A DNA stretch of 64,000 bases from an uncultured bacterium (GCA_965371515.1 CBDUYR010000004.1:20235-84234); one strand, 5' to 3'. Shown: positions 18,972 through 30,095, numbered from the stretch's first letter. Numbers and translations: made by a program. The notes: generated from the sequence alone by a model not told the origin.

Positions 18972-19163
18972 GTAATTCTTCCATGGCGAAATGCCGAATT
19001 CCGCAAAGCGTGATGATACTTTATGCGAGATGGCCGGACAAGCGATTTCGGCCGGTCACGCCCCCTCGCCTGACCTCATGAATATCCTTGCCGGTCTGCC
19101 GGCCGACGATTAGAATACTCGGGAATCTGTATATTTCCGCCCCTTTTCGGGATTTACGGCGCC

Positions 19164-20345
19164 ATGAACGACAGGATCTCAATCACTCATCTTATAACGG
19201 GCACCTCTACCGGCGGCGCCGAGACGATGCTCCACAAACTCGTATCGAGGACCGACAGGGAAAGGTTCGACGTCAGCGTGATCTCGCTGACGACCGCGGG
19301 GGAAGTCGGCAGAAGGATGATCGACGAGGGAGTTTCCTTCCACTCTCTCGATGCGTCGAGAAGCGGCCTCGATCCATCGGCGCTCGTCAGACTGATCCGG
19401 GTCCTCCGGAGGACCCGTCCCGACATCCTCCAGACATGGATGTATCATGCCGACCTGGCAGGCGGACTCGCCGCCAGGTTAGCACACTCGATCCCCGTCG
19501 CCTGGAACATCCGACACAGCGATCTCGATCCGGACCACATGAAGAAGAAGACGATACGCGTGGCGGAGTGGTGCGCCCGCCTTTCCCGGCGTCTCCCCGA
19601 AAGGATCGTCTGCTGTTCGCGGGCCTCCATGGAGACCCATGCGGCGATCGGATACGACAGGGAGAGGATGGTCGTAATCCAGAACGGGTTCGACACATCG
19701 CTCTTCGCACCCGACAGCAACGCCCGGAACTCGGTACGCAAAGAACTCGGCCTCGACAGGGACACGCCGCTCGTCGGCCTCGTGGCGAGATACCATCCCC
19801 AGAAGGACCATGCGACATTCATACGTGCGACCGGTATCCTGCACGCGGAGATGCCTGAGGTCCGTTTCGTCCTCTGCGGAAAGGACGTGACGGCAGAAAA
19901 CATGGATCTTGCCGGAATGATCGGAGAAGCGGGTCTCGAGGGTGCGATCCACCTGCTCGGACGGCGCGCCGACATTCCGAGGATACAGGCATCACTCGAC
20001 ATCGCCTCATCATCCGCCTCGAGCGGCGAGGGATTCCCCAACATAATCGGAGAGGCTATGTCATGCGGAGTGCCGTGCGTTGTGACAGACGTGGGTGATT
20101 CGGCGGAGATCGTGGGAGACTTCGGGCTGGTCGTCGAACCGGCAAACCCGGAAATGCTCGCCGCCGGCTGGAAAAAGATCCTCGATATGAAACGTGAAAC
20201 GAGAGCGGCCCTCGGTGAAAAAGCCCGGGAGAGAATAGAAAAAAACTACGAGATCGGCGCCGTCACCGCCAGGTACGAGGTCATGTATATCGGCATGTGC
20301 GGGGAACACGGGCCGCGGGGGGATTCCGTCACTTCCGCCCAGTGA
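19164..20345 (+). CDS. Glycosyltransferase family 4
   Basis: GGAETML, QTWMYHADL, ARYHPQKDH, EGFPNIIGEAM..G.PCVVTDVGD. Confidence 0.93.
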   Translation: MNDRISITHLITGTSTGGAETMLHKLVSRTDRERFDVSVISLTTAGEVGRRMIDEGVSFHSLDASRSGLDPSALVRLIRVLRRTRPDILQTWMYHADLAGGLAARLAHSIPVAWNIRHSDLDPDHMKKKTIRVAEWCARLSRRLPERIVCCSRASMETHAAIGYDRERMVVIQNGFDTSLFAPDSNARNSVRKELGLDRDTPLVGLVARYHPQKDHATFIRATGILHAEMPEVRFVLCGKDVTAENMDLAGMIGEAGLEGAIHLLGRRADIPRIQASLDIASSSASSGEGFPNIIGEAMSCGVPCVVTDVGDSAEIVGDFGLVVEPANPEMLAAGWKKILDMKRETRAALGEKARERIEKNYEIGAVTARYEVMYIGMCGEHGPRGDSVTSAQ

Positions 20346-21513
20346 GGGAATCGAGACTGTCGACCTGCAGCTGCGTCACGACGCGCTCGTCGAAGAGATC
20401 GATGACCCTCTGCCTGCCGGCCCTTCCCATCCGGACAGCCAGGTCCTCATCCAACAGGATCCTCAGCATCGCCTCTCCCAGGGCGTAATGGTCGCGTGGC
20501 GGGACCAGAAGGCCGGTCTCACCGTCGACGACTTCCTCTCTGCATCCCCTGATATCGCTCGCCGCCACGGGCAGGCCCGTGGCCATCGCTTCGAGCAACG
20601 ACCGGGGCATCCCCTCGCGGTAGCTCGGCATCGCAAAGAGATCGAGCAGGGAGAGTATCACCGGGACGTCCTTCCTGTAGCCGGTCATCACGAGCCGTCC
20701 CGACAGTCCCTCATCGCGCACCAGCCTCTCTATCTCAGCCTGGCAGCCGTCCCGGTCGCTCTCGAGGGGCGCTCCGACCATGATGAATCTGGCGCCGGGG
20801 AGCTCGCGCGAGACTATCCCGGCAGCCTTCACGAATTCGACCGCTCCCTTCTCCCTCACGATGCGTCCGGTGAACCCGATCACGGGACCGCCGTTTATCC
20901 CGAATTCCTCCCTGAGAGCGGCCGCCGCCCTCGCGTTCGCCTCGCGCCCGAACATGGACGGATCGACACCGTTGCCTATATGCACGAGTTTCTCCGCGGG
21001 GGCTATTCGCGACTCGACCGCCTCCTCGAGGTCCTCACCGCTCTGGACGAACACCAGGTCGGAGAGCGAGGCTCCGAATCGCTCGATCGAGCGCATCACG
21101 CCGCGTACCGGACCGCGCATGTCCTCGTGAAAGTAGAAGCCGTGAGCGGTGTAGACGATCCGGGGCACTCGAGCCGTCTTCGCCGCAACCCGCCCGAGCA
21201 GCCCCGCCACCGGCGTATGGGTGTGGACTATATCAAAGCATTCCCTGCGCATCATACGAAACAGGCGCACGAACGAGACCGCGTGGGAGAAAATATTATA
21301 AGATCTGGAGATCGGGATCCGATATACTTCGAATCCCTCCTGTTCCAGCCCGTCGAGTCCCTCCCCCGGCGAGCAGCAGAACGAGACCTCATAACCCGCG
21401 TCACGGAGACTCAGGCCGAGCGGCCTGAGAAGGTGGTATGCAGTGAAATCGACAGCACAGAGCTGAAGGATCTTCAAACCGCCCCCCCCGCCATGGGACC
21501 GGCCGGCTTTCAC
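20329..21513 (-). CDS. Glycosyltransferase family 4
   Basis: HTHTP..G..GR, YTAHGF, GRIVREKG, PSYREGMPRSLLEAMA. Confidence 0.93.
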   Translation of the reverse strand: MKAGRSHGGGGGLKILQLCAVDFTAYHLLRPLGLSLRDAGYEVSFCCSPGEGLDGLEQEGFEVYRIPISRSYNIFSHAVSFVRLFRMMRRECFDIVHTHTPVAGLLGRVAAKTARVPRIVYTAHGFYFHEDMRGPVRGVMRSIERFGASLSDLVFVQSGEDLEEAVESRIAPAEKLVHIGNGVDPSMFGREANARAAAALREEFGINGGPVIGFTGRIVREKGAVEFVKAAGIVSRELPGARFIMVGAPLESDRDGCQAEIERLVRDEGLSGRLVMTGYRKDVPVILSLLDLFAMPSYREGMPRSLLEAMATGLPVAASDIRGCREEVVDGETGLLVPPRDHYALGEAMLRILLDEDLAVRMGRAGRQRVIDLFDERVVTQLQVDSLDSLTGRK

Positions 21514-22112
21514 GCCCGGCCGGGCGATGTGAGTATCTCCTCGACAAGCCCGCAGAGGATGTGCCCGAGGGCCATGTGGATCTCCTGGATTCGGGCAAAG
21601 TCCTCGTCGGGCACTACAATTGCGAGATCGGCCCGTTCGGCCAGGGTGCCGCCGCCCGCGCCCGCGAAAGCAAGAGTCTTCATACCGAGGCTCGCCGCCA
21701 TCGAGACCGCCTCTATGACGTTCAGCGAGTTGCCGCTCGTCGACAGTGCCAGCAGCACATCTCCGGAGCTGCCGATCGCCTCTATCTGCTTGGAGAAGAC
21801 ATCGTCGTAACTGAAATCGTTCGCGATCGCCGTCACGATCGAGCTGTTCGCGGTCAGGGCGAATGCCTTGTATCCGCTTAGCTTCTTCCTGCGGAACCTC
21901 CCGACGAGCTCACCGGCTATATGCTGCGCGTCCGCGGCGCTCCCGCCGTTGCCGCAGGTCAGGACGACCTTTCCGGACTCTATCGCGCTCGCCATGAGCT
22001 CCGCCATCTCTACGAGAATCTCCGCCTGCTGACGGGGAAACGATTCGAGCGCTTTCTTCAGAGCATCGAGCTCTCCGAGGACCTGTTCAATATACCTGTC
22101 GTTGTGTGTCAT
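21510..22112 (-). CDS. gmhA: D-sedoheptulose-7-phosphate isomerase
   Basis: CGNGGSAADAQH..ELVGRF, AIAND, STSGNS, RIQEIH...H. Confidence 0.95.
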   Translation of the reverse strand: MTHNDRYIEQVLGELDALKKALESFPRQQAEILVEMAELMASAIESGKVVLTCGNGGSAADAQHIAGELVGRFRRKKLSGYKAFALTANSSIVTAIANDFSYDDVFSKQIEAIGSSGDVLLALSTSGNSLNVIEAVSMAASLGMKTLAFAGAGGGTLAERADLAIVVPDEDFARIQEIHMALGHILCGLVEEILTSPGRA

Positions 22113-22161
22113 ATCTTCACCATATCATGTTTCACTGCCGCGCCGGATCTCCGGGACACGA

Positions 22162-23643
22162 TTAATTCGTAAGGGCAACTATCGAGATAACCAGCATTCC
22201 AACGCCGATCAGCCCGCTGAAGATATCGGAGAATATCTTCGTCCTGCTTCGCTTGACGATGATGACGTCCCCGCTGTTCGGGTAATAGTCACGGCCCGTC
22301 TGGATCGCTGTGCCGTCCTTCGATATGATCATGATCCTGTCGATGCTTCCCTCGTGTGTGGGCCCTCCAGCCGCACCGACATACTGGGCGACCGTCCAGT
22401 TGCTCACGAACCGGACGCTTCCTGGTATCTGCACCTGTCCACCGACAGCTACGGTCTGATTGACCGTGGGTATGTGCAGGATATCGCCGTCGATCAGCGG
22501 GATGTCTTCGGCGATGCTCGGCGGCGTGAAGTCTTTAAGGTTCACTTTGATCAGCTCGCCGGTCTCTCTCTCGAGAGTCGCAGCGGTAAGATCAACGTTG
22601 GTGTTGTAGATCGCCACGCGGCCCAGCAGGCTTCGCAGCCCCTCACCCTCTGTAATATAGTAACTGCCTTCCTGCTTCGTCGCGCCGAAGACGAACACCC
22701 TGCTCGTGCCGGTCATGCCGTCGATCACGTTCAGCTCGTCTCGGTCTTTCAGAACCATGTCGAATTCGTACGACTGTACCTGCAGCGTGATGACCGAGCC
22801 GTCCTCCTGGATCCTCGTGAGCAGCACCCTGTCCCTGACGGCCTCCGCCTTGAATCCTCCCGCGAGATCGATCAGGTCACCTACCGTCTCGTGAGGCAGT
22901 ATCTCGTAATTCAGGGACTTGTGGACGGCGCCTCTTATCGAGGCGTGCCGCTGGGCGATCGGAACGTGTATCCGGTCACCGTTTGAGAGGAACGGGTTGC
23001 TGGAGAAATCACCCTTGAGAACATATCGGAGAATATCGACATTTATGGTGTCCGTTCCCCTGTAGAGGATTACACTCCTGTTTGATCCCTCGGCCGCGAT
23101 GCTGCCAGCCAGCTCCACCGCGTCCGAGACGCGCTGCACAGCCGAGACGTTTACCGCCCCGGGCTTCTCGACCTCGCCGGTCACAAAGACCCGGAACACC
23201 CTCGGTTCCTGCAGGTAGCAGAAGATCTTCACGTTCTTGAAGAACCTGTTGACCTCCTCGTTGAGCCTCTTCCTGAATTCTGTGAGGGTCAGACCGTCGG
23301 CCTTTATTGCGCCCACGTCCGGTACGAAGACGTCGCCTTCCGGCAGCACCACGATGGCGAACGTCCTCGATTCCGTCCCGATAACGTTGACGAGGAGCAT
23401 GTCGTACGGCCCGAGGATATACAGGTCGGGATCGATCGCCTGCTCAAGCTTCGGGATGTCGTGACTCGACCTCTGCCGCTCGACAAGCTGGCCGTATCCT
23501 GATTCCCTGTTTTCCAGATCGACCTGGTCTGCCCGATTCATCCGCTCGTTGTCGCTCGTCTGCGCCGAGGCGAGACCGGCCGAGATCGTCACCGCCGCAC
23601 AGACGGCGGCGATTATTAAGACTGTAGATTTCATATCCCTCAC
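22162..23643 (-). CDS. Polysaccharide export protein with SLBB repeats (Wza/KpsD-like)
   Basis: YILGPYD, VFVTGEVEKPG, repeated LAGG/GG motifs, C-terminal hydrophobic helix. Confidence 0.85.
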   Translation of the reverse strand: MRDMKSTVLIIAAVCAAVTISAGLASAQTSDNERMNRADQVDLENRESGYGQLVERQRSSHDIPKLEQAIDPDLYILGPYDMLLVNVIGTESRTFAIVVLPEGDVFVPDVGAIKADGLTLTEFRKRLNEEVNRFFKNVKIFCYLQEPRVFRVFVTGEVEKPGAVNVSAVQRVSDAVELAGSIAAEGSNRSVILYRGTDTINVDILRYVLKGDFSSNPFLSNGDRIHVPIAQRHASIRGAVHKSLNYEILPHETVGDLIDLAGGFKAEAVRDRVLLTRIQEDGSVITLQVQSYEFDMVLKDRDELNVIDGMTGTSRVFVFGATKQEGSYYITEGEGLRSLLGRVAIYNTNVDLTAATLERETGELIKVNLKDFTPPSIAEDIPLIDGDILHIPTVNQTVAVGGQVQIPGSVRFVSNWTVAQYVGAAGGPTHEGSIDRIMIISKDGTAIQTGRDYYPNSGDVIIVKRSRTKIFSDIFSGLIGVGMLVISIVALTN

Positions 23644-26318
23644 CGTCCGTTTATCAACCGCTCAATAATTCCGGGGAGCGCCTCGAAGACCCTGTTCTCG
23701 CTTTCGAGGTCTTTCGTGCCGAGCTGGGCGAGATGTCTCTTCCCGCCACCTCCTCCGCCAGCCAGCGAACCGAGCTCTTTCACGAGACCGTCTGCCGTGA
23801 CTCCCCTTTCGACAAGATCGTCAGTAACAGTGATCACGAAATGCATCTTTCCCTTGTCGGGCATGGAAAGAACAGCTGCGCCCGAAGGCACCCTCTCCCT
23901 GAACGAATCGGCCATGGCCCTGAGGGCCCCGACGTCCCTCGCGCCGGGCCTGCCGGCCGCGATCTTCATCCCCGATATATCTTTCGCGTCTCCTATGATC
24001 GCCTCCAGCCTGCCGCCGCCCTTCTCTATGTGCTTTATCTCTTTCTTCAACTCTTCCAGTGTCTCGAGCATGACACCGATCCTCATCGCCGTTTCGGCAG
24101 GTGTGGTCCTGAGCAGGGACGCCGCCTCTTCCTCGCGATCGAATGAGTCATAGACATGGCGGAGAGCTCCCTGTCCTGTTACGGCTTCTATTCTGCGTAC
24201 GCCCGCCGCCACGCTGCTCTCCGACACGATGAGGAACAGACCGGCCTGACCGGTCGACGAGAGATGCGTACCGCCGCACAGCTCGGTCGACACGTCCCCC
24301 ATCCGAACGACACGCACCTTCGCTCCGTATTTCTCGTCGAACAGGGCAACGGCCCCGGAGTCCATTGCTTCCCGGTAATCCATCAGCTCCGTCTTTACCT
24401 CCAGTGAATCGCGTATCCACCGGTTCACGAGCTCCTCGATCTTTCTCTTCTCTTCCCCGGTGACCGCCTGGAAATGGTTGAAATCGAATCTCAGCCTGTC
24501 GGGCCCCACGAGCGACCCGGCCTGGGCGACATGGCCGCCCACGACCTCGCGCAGCGCGGCGTGGAGAAGGTGAGTCGCGGTATGGCTGGCCGCCGTCGCG
24601 AGCCTTGCCTCATCGTCGATATGAAGTCTTATCTTTATACTCCCCGAGACCAACTCCCCGATATCGGGAATATCATGGGCCGGCTCGGCCACGTGGATTA
24701 TCTCTCCGCCCCTCTTGAGCACATCGCGAATTTCCAGCCTGTGCCCCGCCGCTTCTATCCAGCCGCTGTCGGCGAGCTGCCCGCCCGATGTGGCGTAGAA
24801 CGGCGTCCTGTCCAGTATCAGCTCGATCGCCGCGCCACCCTCCCCGGACCAGTCGATGTCTTTCCTCTCCGCTTTATCGAACACCCTGTATCTGCGAACC
24901 TCGGCCTCGCCGCCGACGCTCTCGTATCCGGTGAATATCGAGCTCTCCCCTTCGGACAGCTCCGTCATCTCGACGGGTGCCTGTTCGCCGGCTTCGAAGG
25001 CGCTGCTCTTCTGGGCACGTTTCCTCTGCTCCTCCATCGCGGCGGCAAATCCTTCCTCGTCGACTTCGAGTCTCTCGTCTCCGGCAAGCGCGACTGTGAG
25101 CTCCAGCGGAAATCCGTATGTGTCGTAAAGCAGGAAAGCCTGGGCGCCATCGATCCTGCTGCCATTTGCTTTTTTGATATCATCGACGATGGCCTCGAAT
25201 CTGGACCTGCCTTCCTCGATGGTACGGAAGAAACTTTCCTCCTCGGCCCTGATTATCATCGCCGTGTCGGGCGCCCTCGCAACCAGGTCGGGATAATCCT
25301 CTCCCATGACCCTGACGACCTCGTCGACCAGGCCGTAGAGGACCGGTTCGGCGATCCCGAATGTGTGAAGCCGCGTCAGGGCACGTCTCAATAGCCGCCT
25401 GAGGATATACCCCCTGCCCTCGTTCGAAGGGTATATCCCCTCCGAGATCGTGAATGTCAGCGCCCTCGCGTGATCGGCGATCATGTTGATACCCATCTTC
25501 GCATCACCGGTCGTATCGGTGTTTTCGGGCAGCACCGCGATGACGGCATCCACCAGGGGCTGGAAAATATCGGTATGGAAGTTGTCCTCAGCGCCCTGCA
25601 TGATCATCGCGATCCTCTCGAGGCCGGCGCCGGTGTCTATGCCCGGTTTCTCGAGGGGCCTGTAGGTGCCGTCCTCTTCGAGAAAGAACTGCGGGAAGAC
25701 GAGGTTCCAGAATTCGAGGTACCGGTCGCAGTCGCATCCCGGGGCACAGCTCCCGCTGCCGCATCCCCTGGCCTCGCCGGCGTCGTAGTAGATCTCGGAG
25801 CACGGACCGCATACGCCGGTCTTCCCGACGGGGCCCCAGAAATTGTCCTTCCGCCCGAGCCTGGCAATCCTTTCCGCGGGAACGCCGATGCGCTCGTTCC
25901 ATATTTCGAACGCCTCGTCGTCATCCTCGAAAACGCTGACGTAGAGAAGGTCCTCTGGAAGCTGCAGCACGTCGATGACAAACTCCCAGGCCCACTCGAT
26001 CGCCTCGACCTTGAAGTAGTCGCCGAAACTGAAGTTGCCCAGCATCTCGAAGAATGTATGGTGACGTAATGTCCTGCCGACGCTCTCGAGGTCGCCGGCC
26101 CTGAGACATTTCTGGACGCTTACCGCTCTCGTGTAAGGGAGGTCGTCCGGCGAGAGGTAGTAATCCTTGAACTGCACCATCCCCGCGGAAGTGAAGAGGA
26201 GGGTGGCATCGCCCTTCGGGACGAGGGGCGCACTGGACACCTCGGTGTGTTTCTTGCCGAGGAAAAAATCGACGTAGGCTTTCCTGATCTCATGAGCAGT
26301 CCTGATATTACTGTTCAT
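23640..26318 (-). CDS. alaS: Alanine--tRNA ligase
   Basis: HHTFFEMLGNFSFGDYFK, IDTGAGLER, HTATHLLH, ELCGGTH, GGGGG. Confidence 0.99.
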   Translation of the reverse strand: MNSNIRTAHEIRKAYVDFFLGKKHTEVSSAPLVPKGDATLLFTSAGMVQFKDYYLSPDDLPYTRAVSVQKCLRAGDLESVGRTLRHHTFFEMLGNFSFGDYFKVEAIEWAWEFVIDVLQLPEDLLYVSVFEDDDEAFEIWNERIGVPAERIARLGRKDNFWGPVGKTGVCGPCSEIYYDAGEARGCGSGSCAPGCDCDRYLEFWNLVFPQFFLEEDGTYRPLEKPGIDTGAGLERIAMIMQGAEDNFHTDIFQPLVDAVIAVLPENTDTTGDAKMGINMIADHARALTFTISEGIYPSNEGRGYILRRLLRRALTRLHTFGIAEPVLYGLVDEVVRVMGEDYPDLVARAPDTAMIIRAEEESFFRTIEEGRSRFEAIVDDIKKANGSRIDGAQAFLLYDTYGFPLELTVALAGDERLEVDEEGFAAAMEEQRKRAQKSSAFEAGEQAPVEMTELSEGESSIFTGYESVGGEAEVRRYRVFDKAERKDIDWSGEGGAAIELILDRTPFYATSGGQLADSGWIEAAGHRLEIRDVLKRGGEIIHVAEPAHDIPDIGELVSGSIKIRLHIDDEARLATAASHTATHLLHAALREVVGGHVAQAGSLVGPDRLRFDFNHFQAVTGEEKRKIEELVNRWIRDSLEVKTELMDYREAMDSGAVALFDEKYGAKVRVVRMGDVSTELCGGTHLSSTGQAGLFLIVSESSVAAGVRRIEAVTGQGALRHVYDSFDREEEAASLLRTTPAETAMRIGVMLETLEELKKEIKHIEKGGGRLEAIIGDAKDISGMKIAAGRPGARDVGALRAMADSFRERVPSGAAVLSMPDKGKMHFVITVTDDLVERGVTADGLVKELGSLAGGGGGGKRHLAQLGTKDLESENRVFEALPGIIERLINGR

Positions 26319-26997
26319 CGGTCTCTCCGGTGATCTCGCCCCTCAATATCCCCGCGCATATGCCTCCTACGATTCCAGCCGAGAAGCCTCTCCTCGTGAG
26401 AAAACCGCCGAGCCTTCGAGCCGCTTTTTCCCTGTCGGCCCTTGAGCCGGCCGGCTTCCGGACAGGTCCGGTGCGCGCCAGCCTGTCGACGGCCAGTTTC
26501 AATGCTATCCTCTCCTCTTCGCCGGGAGGAAAGGCCTCTGCGAGAAACTCGTCGGTGATCTCGGCCGGGACCCCCGCCCCGGACAGCTTCCTTCTGAGAA
26601 GGGCCGGTCCGGCGGGGTTGTGCCTGAGCCTGTATCCTATCAGCTCCGAGGCGAACCGCCTGTCGTTCAGCAGGTTTCTCCCCTTGAGCGTTTCGACAAT
26701 ATAATCCATCGAGGCTGGATTATCTATACCTTCCGCCTGAAGGGCGGCGCGGACCTCCTGCTCAGTCCGTTCCCGCCTCGACAGGAACCTGAGGGCGTGG
26801 GCGAGCCCCGCCTCCCGCGCGACCGGCCCTTCGAGCTCCTCGATATCGGTTCCGTCGAGTACCGTTCCCTCTTTGAGAAAACGCTCGGTCCCCCACCCCT
26901 TCAGAACGAGGAACGTCCTTCCCGACGAGGTCGCGACTCTGCGCAGCGACCCGGCGCTTCTCGATACGGATACGATCTCTGTACTACCGCTATTCAA
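26308..26997 (-). CDS. recX: Regulatory protein RecX
   Basis: ALRFLSRRERTEQEV, LLNDRRFA, GPALLRRKL, LTRRGF; directly after recA; start uncertain (TTG 26997). Confidence 0.85.
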   Translation of the reverse strand: MNSGSTEIVSVSRSAGSLRRVATSSGRTFLVLKGWGTERFLKEGTVLDGTDIEELEGPVAREAGLAHALRFLSRRERTEQEVRAALQAEGIDNPASMDYIVETLKGRNLLNDRRFASELIGYRLRHNPAGPALLRRKLSGAGVPAEITDEFLAEAFPPGEEERIALKLAVDRLARTGPVRKPAGSRADREKAARRLGGFLTRRGFSAGIVGGICAGILRGEITGETDEQ

Positions 26998-27019
26998 TGT
27001 CCTGGTCCGGATCAATGCC

Positions 27020-28132
27020 CTATTCAGAGCCGACGTCCTTGCCCGAATCGACGGTCCTGCGCGGGGCCGCCGGGGCATCGAGATCGTAGTGCTCGCGCAC
27101 GCTGGTCTCTATCTCGGCCCGTATATCGGTGTTGTCCTTGAGGAACATTCTGGTGTTGTCCTTGCCCTGCCCGAGCCGGGTCTCGCCCCAGGAGTACCAG
27201 CTGCCCATCTTCGTGAGTATGCCGGAGGTGACGCCCAGCTCGATCAGGTCCCCTTCGAGACTGATACCCTCTCCGTAGAGGATCTCGAACTCGGCCTGGC
27301 GGAACGGTGCGGCGACCTTGTTCTTGACGACCTTGACCCTCGTCATGCTTCCGATGACGGTGTCCCGGTCCTTGATCTGGCCGATACGGCGGATGTCCAT
27401 CCTCATCGTGGCGTAGAATTTCAGGGCGTTTCCTCCCGATGTCGTCTCGGGATTGCCGTACATAACGCCGATCTTCATCCGGATCTGGTTGATGAAAATC
27501 ATGCACGTGCGGGATTTACTGACTGCGCCGGCTATCTTCCGGAGGGCCTGGGACATGAGCCTGGCCTGGAGGCCGACATGCGAGTCGCCCATCTGCCCCT
27601 CGATCTCGGCCGCGGGCACGAGGGCCGCGACCGAATCGATCACAACGACGTCGATCGCGTTGCTGCGGATAAGGACCTCTGCGATCTCGAGGGCCTGCTC
27701 CCCCGTATCCGGCTGTGATATAAGCAGGTTGTCGATATCGATCCCGATCTTCCTCGCGTAGCTTACATCCAGGGCGTGCTCGGCATCGATGAACGCCGCC
27801 ACGCCGCCGAGCTTCTGCGCGTTCGCGATGATCGAGCAGGCAAGTGTCGTCTTGCCCGACCCTTCGGGCCCGTAGATCTCGATGACCCTGCCGCGGGGCA
27901 CTCCGCCGATGCCGGCAGCAATATCGAGCACGAGGCTGCCTGTGGGGATGCTCTCGATCTCCTGGTAAGCGCCTTCCTCGCCGAGGCGCATGATAGAGCC
28001 CTTCCCGTACTGTTTCTCTATCTGGTCGACTGCGAGCTCGATCGCCTTGTCCTTGTCACCCGGTTTGATAGATTTCGTCATCTTCGATACTTTAGCTGTC
28101 TTCGACGTTTTTTTTGTCCTGTCCGCGCTCAC
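27020..28132 (-). CDS. recA: Recombinase RecA
   Basis: [37 protein letters not shown]. Confidence 0.99.
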   Translation of the reverse strand: MSADRTKKTSKTAKVSKMTKSIKPGDKDKAIELAVDQIEKQYGKGSIMRLGEEGAYQEIESIPTGSLVLDIAAGIGGVPRGRVIEIYGPEGSGKTTLACSIIANAQKLGGVAAFIDAEHALDVSYARKIGIDIDNLLISQPDTGEQALEIAEVLIRSNAIDVVVIDSVAALVPAAEIEGQMGDSHVGLQARLMSQALRKIAGAVSKSRTCMIFINQIRMKIGVMYGNPETTSGGNALKFYATMRMDIRRIGQIKDRDTVIGSMTRVKVVKNKVAAPFRQAEFEILYGEGISLEGDLIELGVTSGILTKMGSWYSWGETRLGQGKDNTRMFLKDNTDIRAEIETSVREHYDLDAPAAPRRTVDSGKDVGSE

Positions 28133-28302
28133 TTTCTTCCTCCCACTTCATCCCCCTGATGTACCCTGCGGTTGATTTATCCCCACCCGCCGCCGCGGCG
28201 ACGGGTCAGACTGATTCTATATCACCAACCTGTCGATTATTCAACGAATTTCACGATCACCGGGGTTGTGCGGCCAGGGTCTCGCAGGGTCCTGCCCTGA
28301 GT

Positions 28303-28863
28303 TCAGCGTCCGAGCTCAAAACGGCCCGTTTCCTTGTAGATCGCCCCCGACGGGGTCAGTCTGCTGCTCATCAGGACGAAGCCGTCCGCATCGAGGAACG
28401 CCGTTTCATCGAGCGAAGGGAAACCGCGGAGGAGATCGAGAACCTCTTCCGGAGCCGGTCTTTTCACGCGCGCGAGCGTCAGGTGGGCCCGGAATCTCCT
28501 GCTTTCCCTCTCGAATCCGATCGTCTCGCATTCATCCTCGATCAGCCTGGCGAGATCCCTCAGCTCCTCTAATCCCTTATCGATGCCGTAATAGATCACT
28601 CGTGGCCTGTCCAGGTTCGGGAAGCCGCCGATCCCGCCCATCGTCAGGCGGAACGGCTTCGCCCGGGATGCTGCCCTGCACGCGGCATCGTGAAGCGAAG
28701 GCAGGAGATCCTCGTCGACCTCTCCCAGGAATTTCAGCGTGAAGTGATAATTCTCGGGCTGGATCCATCTCCAGGGGGCGTTTCGGATGCCGGAATCCTG
28801 TATGATCCGCCAGGCCTGCCCCGCCATGGCTTCACCGGCATGAACCGCGAAGAACAGTCTCAT
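28303..28863 (-). CDS. thpR: RNA 2',3'-cyclic phosphodiesterase
   Basis: MRLFFA, HFTLKFLG and HLTLAR 2H motifs. Confidence 0.93.
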   Translation of the reverse strand: MRLFFAVHAGEAMAGQAWRIIQDSGIRNAPWRWIQPENYHFTLKFLGEVDEDLLPSLHDAACRAASRAKPFRLTMGGIGGFPNLDRPRVIYYGIDKGLEELRDLARLIEDECETIGFERESRRFRAHLTLARVKRPAPEEVLDLLRGFPSLDETAFLDADGFVLMSSRLTPSGAIYKETGRFELGR

Positions 28864-30095
28864 GAGCGGCCGCTTTTCCGGTCCCGGGCAGGCATCGATC
28901 GCAGCAGCCTGCGTCTCAGCATATCGAGACAGACGCATGACGCCCTGAGTCTGATCATCCCGCGGTCGCCCGCCATCTTTCTCTGCCGGCACTCCGTCAC
29001 GCCGGCGTGTGCGAGCCCCATCCAGCAGAGCCCGACCGGCTTGTCCGCGGTCGCTCCGCCGGGACCGGCTATCCCGGTCGTGGACAGCGCGATGTCCGCT
29101 CCCGAGATCCTCCTGGCGCCCGCAGCCATTTGCCTGCAGACATCCTCGCTGACCGCTCCGCAGGTTTCGATGATCTTTTCCTCGACGCCGAGGATCCTGA
29201 TCTTCGATTCATTGCTGTATGTGACATATCCCTCGAGAAATGTCTCGCTCGCCCCCGGCACCGAGACGATCATCGAGGCAAGCATCCCGCCTGTGAGGGA
29301 CTCCGCCGTGGCCAGGGTCATCTCCCTGCTCCGGAGCATCCCGACAACGACTTCCTCGAGCCGGTCCCTGCCCTCCCCGAAGAGGTTGTCCCCGAGACTC
29401 TCCGCCGCCTTCGCGGCGATCCCGGCATCGATCCCCGCAGGAAGGTACACGCTGATGCCGGCCGGGGAAGAGATGATCGACAGCCGCTCGAGGTCATCCG
29501 CTCCGAGTACAGCCGCCACCCTCTCCTCGACCGAGGTTTCCATAAGGCCGTAGACCCTCAGCACTTTTCTCCGTTCTTCCGCGCCGGATGTCAGCCTCGG
29601 GAGGATGAGGCGCTCGAATATCTCCTTCATCTCTCCGGGAACGCCCGGCAGCAGAAAGATACGGCACCCCCCCGCCTTCAGCGCCAGGCCGGGCGCAACA
29701 CCAACGGCGTTGTCGAGCACCTCAGCTCCTGCCGGTATTCTCGCCAGATCCCTGTACCCTTCGGGCATAGTGAAACCGAGCTCGCCGAAACGCCGCTCGA
29801 TCTCGATGATGATCTCCTCCCGGATCTCGACTTCCCCTCCGAACGCATCGATCGCGGCCTGGCGCGTCACGTCGTCCACAGTCGGGCCGAGCCCCCCCGT
29901 GACTATGACCGTTTCGCTCCTTGCCGCGGCGGCTGAGAGCTCATCGCGGATAACATCGATGTTGTCGGGAAGTGCCGTTTCCCTCGAGGGAGAGAGCCCG
30001 GCTGCGGTCAGGACTATTGAAAGCCATACAGTGTTGTTTTCGGCAATCTCGCCGCGGAGGACCTCGTCGCCGACCGTTATGATCTCTACCCTCAC
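28860..30095 (-). CDS. cinA: CinA competence/damage-inducible protein (NMN deamidase)
   Basis: TVGDEVL.G, GGLGPT.DD, LPGVP.EM, AESLTGG, TGIAGPGG. Confidence 0.95.
   Translation of the reverse strand: MRVEIITVGDEVLRGEIAENNTVWLSIVLTAAGLSPSRETALPDNIDVIRDELSAAAARSETVIVTGGLGPTVDDVTRQAAIDAFGGEVEIREEIIIEIERRFGELGFTMPEGYRDLARIPAGAEVLDNAVGVAPGLALKAGGCRIFLLPGVPGEMKEIFERLILPRLTSGAEERRKVLRVYGLMETSVEERVAAVLGADDLERLSIISSPAGISVYLPAGIDAGIAAKAAESLGDNLFGEGRDRLEEVVVGMLRSREMTLATAESLTGGMLASMIVSVPGASETFLEGYVTYSNESKIRILGVEEKIIETCGAVSEDVCRQMAAGARRISGADIALSTTGIAGPGGATADKPVGLCWMGLAHAGVTECRQRKMAGDRGMIRLRASCVCLDMLRRRLLRSMPARDRKSGRS

Noticed and set aside
28133..28302. SOS box upstream of recA
   Set aside because: No recognisable CTGT-N8-ACAG, GAAC-N4-GTTC or other convincing palindrome
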